From Paraspadella gotoi (lineage: Eukaryota; Animalia; Chaetognatha), in contig CM119271.1 of NCBI GenBank assembly GCA_051294375.1, positions 2,671,245 through 2,688,723 of the forward strand: DNA of 17,479 bases, written 5' to 3'. The translations under genes were made by a program, and so were the position numbers. Positions 9,820 through 17,479 of this stretch are shown one piece after another (the first letter of the stretch is position 1; the number at the start of each line of letters is the position of its first letter). A model generated the notes under the pieces. It worked only from the letters and a program-made list of their open reading frames with translations. It ran no database searches and was not told where the DNA came from.

Positions 9820-9992
9820 GATCCGCGGATTCTCCCGATCAGAGATAATTTCTCTGAAACTCCGCGACCTCGAGTCCCGGCGGCAAAGATTGGCCGGCCG
9901 GGACGTGTCCGGCCATGGTGACAAAAAGGCCCTCCCGCCCGTGTCGCGGACACCATTGGCTTCTTAGCCGCGAATCCTCGAGTATACCCATG
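9820..9992 (+). repeat. Direct repeat B1 (partner B2 at about 10346-10511)
   Basis: Shared GCGGATT...TCAGAGATAATT...CTCGAGTCC...GGCGGCAAAGATTGGCCG...GTATACC(C)ATG. Confidence 0.9.
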
Positions 9993-10587
9993 GAGGCATA
10001 TTTACTTGAAAGTTCGCCGGACCATTTTCGCGTCACTCTATTGTTTTCCGCGCTGCCGGCTATTGTTCTCTCCGTCCGCCGGCTCAGGTCGCCGGACCCT
10101 GACCCGAAACCTCGCACCCCGACCTGGCTCACTACTCTTCTCTTCTTCTCTCCCTTTCCGCCGCGGCATCCGGACCTTTTATGATCAGAGTCCGGCGATA
10201 CCGACGTGAGCTGAAAGTCGCGGGATCGAGTTCTCTTTTTCTTCTCTTTCCTTTAATCTCAAAAGAATAAAAAAATAGGAAAAATAAAATTGATAAATAA
10301 AATAATTAAAACAAAAAAAGAAGGAAATAAAATAACAAAATTTGACAGGCGGATTTCTTCCCGAGTTTCAGAGATAATTCTCTGAATCCGCGACTCGAGT
10401 CCGGGGCGGCAAAGATTGGCCGCCGACGTGGTCCGGCGACATGGTCGGACAAAAGGCTCGGGTGTCCGGACCCACCATGGCCTTTCTAGCCGCGATCTGA
10501 GGTATACCATGTTTTCGTTTCTTGCTCTCTCTCGTTCGCTCTCTCTTTTCTCTCTTACTCTCTCTCTTGCTCTCTCCTCTTTCTCTC

Positions 10588-10623
<36 letters not shown>

Positions 10624-13600
10624 CTCTCGTTGCTCTCTTCTCTCTCTCTATCTCTTGCTCTCTCTCTCTCTCTCTCTCTTCTCATCTCTCTCTCTCTCTC
10701 TCTCTCTCAAATTCACAATCTGCAACTTGTCCAAATTCGTTCATTTCATTAAATCCAGATTTCAATCTTCGGATCTGGACCCGTTCGAATGTATCAACTA
10801 ACAAAAAAGAACATGTTTTGGTTCAATATTAGTCACACGAGTTTACTCTATGAGTCTCACCAACAAACAATGAAAATCCTTCTGTAATCTAAATTTATTT
10901 TCCAAATCGCCCTGCTACCATTTGATCAAATCCGCGCCGTTCATACACACCGGAGGCATTTTTAATCTTCAGTCCAATGAGGTGATTATGTTGATTCTAT
11001 TCTTCACATAACCGATCCCTTCCCCAGGTTCCTCTGAATTTCACTTCCCCTGAAAAGGAAAAAAGAAGCGAAAAAAAGAGCATAGAGAAGAGAAGCAGGA
11101 GGGAGAAAAGCAGGAAGAAAAGAGAATAACAAACCCAGAACAAGAAAAGAGAAGATACGCCGAGGAGAGAAGAGAAGAGAGAAGAAGAACGAGAAAAAGA
11201 AGAGAAGAGAAGAGAAGAGAAAAAGATATGGGACGCAGCAATAAGAGAAGGAAAACGAGAATCAAAAAAAGAAAAGAGAAGGAGGAAACGCGGGGGAAGA
11301 AGAAACGAGAAGAGAAGGGGGAGATAGCAGAAGAGAAGAGCAAGAGCAGAAGAGAGACGAGAGAGAGAGAGAAGAGAGCCAGAAGAGAAGAGAGAGGAAG
11401 GAGATAAGAGATGAACAAGGAGCAATAAAAAGACAAATAAAAGAGCCGAACCAGGCGAGCACAGAGGACAGAGAAAAGAGAAGAGAAGAGAAGAGCAAGA
11501 GAAAGAGAAGAGAAGAGAGAGAAGAGAACCGCCAGAAAAGAGAACACAGAGAGAAAAGAAGAAAGGAATGAGGAAGGAGATAAGAGAAGAAGAGAATTAA
11601 AAAAGAAAAGAAAAGAAAAAGAAGGGAGAGAAAGGAAAAAAGAGAAGGAGGAAAGAACGAGAAGGGAAGAAGAGGAGGAGAATAGCAGAAGAAAATATAA
11701 TAAAAAGAAAAGAAAACAAAAGAGAAGAGGAAAAGAGAAGAGAAGAAAAGAGATTGAAGAAAGAAAAGAAAGAAAAGAAAAGAAAGAAAAGAGATAAAAG
11801 AAGATAAAATAAAATATTTTTTAAAAAAAGGGAAAGAAAGAAAAGAATAAAACAGGATAAGAAAAAAATAGAGAGGAGAATAACAGAATGAGTCATTTCG
11901 GATTCAGTTCTTATCTCTGACGTTTCAAAGACCTGGCGACGAGGAACACAACAACAACAACGACGAAACAAAAACTTTCTTCTTTTTGATTTGAGTTTTA
12001 ATTTTCTGTATCCTTTTTATTTTCTTTTATTCTAATCTCGGACTGGAATCTCTCTTCTTAAGTCATTCCTGTCATGTCTATCTGCTTTTCTGTTCCTTCT
12101 TCTTTCGCTATCTTTTTAACTTTCTTTTCTGAATTCGAGAAAACTATACGCCAATTGCATTTTGTATTCTAATTCACTTGTCAAAAAATAACTAACTGAA
12201 AAAAATCATGTTCTCTTTCCAGTTCTAGAGGACTCTGGATTAAAACAAAGACGACAACAACAACAATCACCGCATTTCCATCGGACCTCGACCTCTGCGA
12301 GTCAGTTTCTCCTTCATAATTCATTTACGGTGAAATCTATTGCGTCTCGTATTTTCGTTTCGACCCTGAAATTGATTTTCGCTTTTGAGGGAAATAATGC
12401 TTAATATGTTCATCACATGCACTAGTAGAATGCTTAATTAAATACTTATTTCACTATGGAGTATCAGTGCACAAACAGAAACCCAAAAAAAATTTTGAAT
12501 TTTTTGCCGATATATTTCGACTTTTAATTTCTAAGATCTAGATCTATCAAGTGGCTAAAAGAGGGAAATAATTTGTTTATATGTAAACGTCGATAAATAA
12601 TTAAATGTTTCTATCTTATCTGTCTATCTTCTATCTGTCTATCTCGAATCATTTCTGTTCCCCGTTAGCTTCGTCAATCCTTATCACTCGAACAAATTTC
12701 CAAATATTTACTTTTTACGCTCGTATCGATTAAAGGCAAAACCCATTTTCCTCAGATTACATTTTTTTTTCTAAAAGATTGGAGTGGACTCACAAGATTC
12801 CATCTCACACACACCCCGATTCTCCCCCCCCCTATTTCAAATGTTTCTGGTCATTTTTCGCTTGGCAACTTTCCAACTAATCTTTATCTAAAATTTATTC
12901 AAACAATAGTTATTGTTATATTTATATTTATTCCCTTTTTTCTCCCCAAACTCTTTATCTCTGCCCCGCACTGCTATCGGGTTTTAAATTTCGGTTTTGA
13001 ACGGAAGCTCGATTTTCAAAAAGATCGACGACGCGAAGACTTTTCGGGTTTCTTTCATGTATTTATTGAAAATGCGTTGGGCAGCATCCCTCCTTTTTTA
13101 CGGAGTATACGTTATCATTGCAATATATAATAGTTTTTTTAATTGTATTTATAAGAATTTGGTACAACCAGTATTAATAAATTGGGTTACCTTTTTTCCA
13201 GACTTAGACATGCTATGGTAGAAAGGACATTGTAGAATTGTCCCATAAGAATAGAATTGTATCATATGATGCAAACAGGCTTTTCAATCAAAACTTTTTT
13301 ATTAAACTATTTTTAAGTAATAATAGAATGCAGTAATTGTTTTACAAATGTTGAATTTTGCCTGGATTGCTGATAATAATGTATTTATCTAACAAGAAAA
13401 TAGAATTTTATAATTTAAATAAGATATTATTGAACATTAATTCAGTTTATTACGTAATTATCGAAATTGTAATTGTCGTACGCATCATTGGATCTATAAA
13501 TTTTCTTATCTTCATTACGTTTAGATCATTGTTCCCTTTTTCTATTCAAGGTCCCCGCAGTCGCCTTAAAATTTCTTTCCCATCTCGTACGATCGACCAG

Positions 13601-13996
13601 ATTTTACAACCGGTTATCGCCTCTTACGAACAGCTTTTGTTTTTTCCTTATTCGGTTTACTATTTATTCTCAGTTAATCGTCGTCGGTTGTCAAAAACTC
13701 TGACGCCATTTTTTTAAAAACAATAAACACCCTAGCCAGAAGGCAATCCCTAATTCTCCAACCCATTCTGCAAAATCGTCCCATTATAGCTTAATGTTAT
13801 TACTATTTATAATGTATTACAATTCAAAGTAAGAATGGTAGTTCCTTTAAAAATTCTTTTCTGATACAACATGTGATTTTTATTTTTTTCCTTTTCGAAC
13901 CAACCTCACTTTCTTTTTCGTTTTAAAAACCAAACCTTTCTCTCAATTTTGGCTCCGGGCCGTGCTCTCTCTTCTCTCTCTCTCTCTCTCTGCTCT

Positions 13997-14050
<54 letters not shown>

Positions 14051-14159
14051 AGAGGCTCACGTCCGATCTTCGACTCTGGATGATCGTTGGATAAGAGCAG
14101 AGGCGAATCTTCCTCCGGGTTATTTATATCTGTGTCTCATCTGCGGAAAATTCGTTCTT

Positions 14160-14757
14160 CTCCGACCGACCAATCTATAGTCGACCGACCAATTCTACGA
14201 AACCGACAATCTACCGACCGACCTAATCTACGACCGACCAATCTACCGCACGACCATTCTACCGACCGAACCATCTACCGACCGACCAATCTACGACCGA
14301 CCAATCTACCGGATCCTGCATTCTACGACCCGACCAACTATACCGACCGACAATTACCGAGGTCCGACCAATGTCTACCGACCGACCAATTCATAACCGA
14401 CCGACCAATCTACGAACCCGACCAATCTACAGACCGACCATCTACCGATCCGACCAATCTACCGATCCCGACCAATCTTACCGAGCGACAATTCTTACGA
14501 CCGACCAATCTTACCGACCCGACCATCTTACCCGGACCGACCAATCTACCGACCCGACCAATTCTACGACCGAGCCATCTACCACGACCAATCTTACCGA
14601 GGCGACCAATCTACCGACCGACCAATCTACCGATCCGACAATGCTACCTCGATCCCGACCAATCTACCGACCGACCAATCTACCGACCGACCAATCTATC
14701 CGACCGACCAATTCCGAGCCGACCAAGTCTACCGAGCCGATAAGCTCGACCGACCAG
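14160..14757 (-). repeat. Minisatellite, reverse-complement copy (GACCGACCAATCTACC)n, longer and noisier
   Basis: Same unit in the right arm; about 600 bp vs about 400 bp. Confidence 0.92.
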
Positions 14758-15673
14758 CCGCCTTCCCTCCTCCTTGAACCAGCCCACTCCCCCCCTTCTC
14801 CCCCCTCTCGTTCTCAGGGCTACAACTCCCCGCCCACTCACTTTCCTTTCCAAGAGTCTCAAACTTTCCCCAGAGACTGAATCTCCCACCCGATTTCGCC
14901 AAAACCGCCAAGCTTTACTTTTGCGTTCCTTGGTCTGGATGCTAACTTACCTTGCTCTTCACAGTACTTCACTATACCGACGCAACCACAAAATTCATCT
15001 TTTCTCTCTCCCAGGCCGCGCTTACCATTTCTTCTCCAGTCTCAGCGTCGACCTCCCTCCTAAACCTCATAAATCCCTCTGCAACCCTAAAACCATTTAT
15101 CCCCACCCTCCCCTGAACTAACCCTTCCATCTCTTCCCTTTATCTTGCTTATACCTACAATTCCCCCCTCTCGCCCCCCTTCTTTCATGCGCGCTTCAAA
15201 TCTCGACGCGTGCCCCGGAAGATCTTTCCCGATCCGCGTCCGGTTCCGGTCCGGTCCGGTCCCGTCCCGGTCCGTCCGTCCGTCCCTCGATTCCCGTGAA
15301 TAATATTTCGAGTTTCCAGTTTTTCGATTCTTATTCGACAATAGTTTATGGTTCGTCGGGAGACGCGACGTCGTGTCCGACAATATTCCATTCCGCTTCG
15401 CCGACGAAAACTCGCTCTTCTCTGTCTTCGCTCTCTCTCATCTCCTTTCTTTTTTCCTCTCTTTCTTCTCTTCTTTCTTTTTTCTTTCTTTCTTTTCTTC
15501 TCTTTTTTTTCTTTTCTTTTCTTTTTTCTTTTTTCTTTCTTTCTTTTCTTTCTTCTTTCTTTTTTTCTTTCTTCTTCTTTTCTTTTTTCTTTTCTTTCTC
15601 TCTCTCTTCTTCTCTCTTCTCTCTCGTCTCTCTCATCTCTCTCTCTCTCTCTTCTCTTCTCTCTCTCTCCTTG

Positions 15674-15706
<33 letters not shown>

Positions 15707-16048
15707 GTCTCTCTCTCTCCCTCTCCCACTCCCTCTGCCCTCATTTCCGATCAACCGTAAAATAAGATTTCGATTCGTGACGATTCATCCATTTACGCGA
15801 TCAACTTTTATCTCGAAATCTTTCTCCTGTTGTTGTTGTTGTTATTTCTCTTTCTTCCCAGATTTTTCTTAAAGGATAATTTTCGAAGATTAAAAATGAA
15901 AAAAAAAAAAATAAAACGTGACGACGACCGAAGAACGAAAAATCGATGCTCATTTGTTTCGTTTTTGTCACGAATCGCGAATGAAATTAAAAGGAAATCG
16001 CAGCGACATCTGGGCGAAACTGCCGCAATGTCTACGTCAAATTATCTC

Positions 16049-16262
16049 ATGAAATTGTTACAACCAATACAACATTATCCATTCCTTTAATAACTAAGCT
16101 ATCTTGCCCCTGACTTAGGACAGGCTCTGAAGGTTTAAGGCCTTCATCACTATTACAAGGTAATACCTTAATATAAACACCAAAGCCTGTCCAAAGTCAA
16201 GGCCAAGATAGCTTATTTATTAAATGAATGGATAATTTTTATATTGATTGTGCCAATTTCAT
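16049..16262. mobile_element. Foldback/MITE-like palindromic element, 214 bp
   Basis: Arms 16049-16129 and 16181-16262 are reverse complements (about 85% by eye, mostly substitutions); central perfect hairpin TATTAC-AAG-GTAATA at 16151-16165; dispersed half copy at 9084-9190. No clear TSD. Confidence 0.65.
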
Positions 16263-17479
16263 AGCAGAATCCTGAAACCTTTCAATCAAGACTCTGAAAC
16301 AGTCTCATTTATTCACTCCCAGAATTCCTGGCTTCCCTATCAATGAAGCGGTTTAATTTTTCAAAGAATATATCGATTATATAAAATAAACACTCTCTTA
16401 ACTATTATACTTAAAATATCTTTAAAATACAAGGAGCTTACTGTAACGTGTACAAGAGGATTGAGAATCCGTTGAGGAAAACAACAACAACAACGACAAC
16501 GAAAACGTTGTTTCTACCTCGTTCCATTCTCTATATAACATTACCTACGGTCCGTCGGTCCGTCCACCTGCCAGGAATCCTTCTCCAAGAAAATTATTTG
16601 TTTACTTTGTCGTATAAAAGAGTTTATCTTTTCTTTTCTTATTTTTTCTCTTCGGCTTTCTCTTTTTTTTTTTNNNNNNNNNNNNNNNNNNNNNNNNNNN
16701 NNNNNNNNNNNNNNNNNNNNNNNNNNNNNNNNNNNNNNNNNNNNNNNNNNNNNNNNNNNNNNNNNNNNNNNNNNNNNNNNNNNNNNNNNNNNNNNNNNNN
16801 NNNNNNNNNNNNNNNNNNNNNNNNNNNNNNNNNNNNNNNNNNNNNNNNNNNNNNNNNNNNNNNNNNNNNNNNNNNNNNNNNNNNNNNNNNNNNNNNNNNN
16901 NNNNNNCGGAAATGGAACGCCTCCATCTCTTTTCTACTCAGATGGCGAATATCTTCTGTCGTCGAAATTTGGTCGAATTTTTTTTATTTCGAGAAGAAAT
17001 CTTATAAAAGTTGGTATCTCGACATTTCTGAGAAAAGGTTGGCACATAAGGCTTTCATGACATGACTTTAATCAGACCGAGAAAGAAAAATAAAAATATG
17101 GTGAAAAAGAAAAGGCACGAAACTCATATATGTATAAAAGAATTATCAAATCAATTAAAAGTCAAAATGTGAGACGGAAACTTGGAAGGCAAAGATTAGT
17201 AGACAAGAAATAACAATAATAATTACTAAATAATTAACGAATTAATGGCGGCACAATAAATTATCAATCTCACGCTTGTGTGAAACATCACCATTGGCTG
17301 ACTTTATATCCGGAAAGAACAAGAACTTTAGTTTCGATTAATTTAATGTAGTTTTTAAATATAACTAAATGCATACACTATTATATTTCACCTTGATCCC
17401 TTAGTTTCCAACTTGGGCTCATTTTCTCGACTTACCAATCTCGCTCTTAAAATTTTTCTGGACCCGGGTACCAGCGTGA

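Larger units (their letters stand above)
8041..10511 (+). mobile_element. Putative non-autonomous split-direct-repeat element (Ngaro/PAT-type layout A1-internal-B1-A2-B2)
   Basis: A1 about 8047-8428 matches A2 9993-10345; B1 about 9820-9992 matches B2 about 10346-10511; a 1.4-kb AT-rich non-coding interior lies between A1 and B1. The block interrupts the right arm inside a CT microsatellite. No RT/RH/YR coding sequence seen. Confidence 0.6.
7596..15420 (-). repeat. Right arm of large imperfect inverted duplication (interrupted by 8041-10511; outer end fades into the CT tract up to about 15740)
   Basis: Reverse complement of the left arm, e.g. GAATTCAGAGGAACCTGGGGAAGGGATCGG (5991-) vs CCGATCCCTTCCCCAGGTTCCTCTGAATT (11012-). 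Sequence 1-165 does not match beyond 15740. Confidence 0.92.

Noticed and set aside
13551-13655. Possible exon after TTTTTCTATTCAAG (GPRSRLKISFPSRT...)
   Set aside because: No convincing donor, frame differs in the left-arm copy, no recognisable protein.
353-15420. Palindromic extrachromosomal rDNA or a giant TIR transposon
   Set aside because: No rRNA sequence, transposase or defined termini/TSD; the outer ends dissolve into microsatellite and gap.

Overview
Repeat-rich, AT-rich eukaryotic (probably invertebrate) draft scaffold with five N-gaps and noisy-long-read-like indels. No protein-coding gene is convincingly supported; the supplied ORFs come almost entirely from microsatellites, minisatellites and gaps. 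Most of the window is one large imperfect inverted duplication (about 353-6878 vs about 7596-15420) centred on a spacer with a 25-N gap. Comparing the arms exposes an insertion in each. (1) Left arm, 951-2509: a minus-strand tandem-array TRIM (non-autonomous LTR retrotransposon) with 4 LTRs, 3 short internal domains, TGT...ACA ends, a 4-bp AGCT TSD (empty site at 14911-14914), a tRNA-Trp-like PBS and a PPT. Each LTR carries a tRNA-derived segment with Pol III A/B boxes (Helenus/TRIMp3-like). (2) Right arm, about 8041-10511: a non-coding element with the A1-internal-B1-A2-B2 split-direct-repeat layout of Ngaro/PAT tyrosine-recombinase retrotransposons; the matching left-arm position is a gap, so its empty site is inferred. 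Also present are a 214-bp foldback element with a half copy elsewhere, a 15-16-bp minisatellite and one candidate coding exon. All alignments were done by eye.
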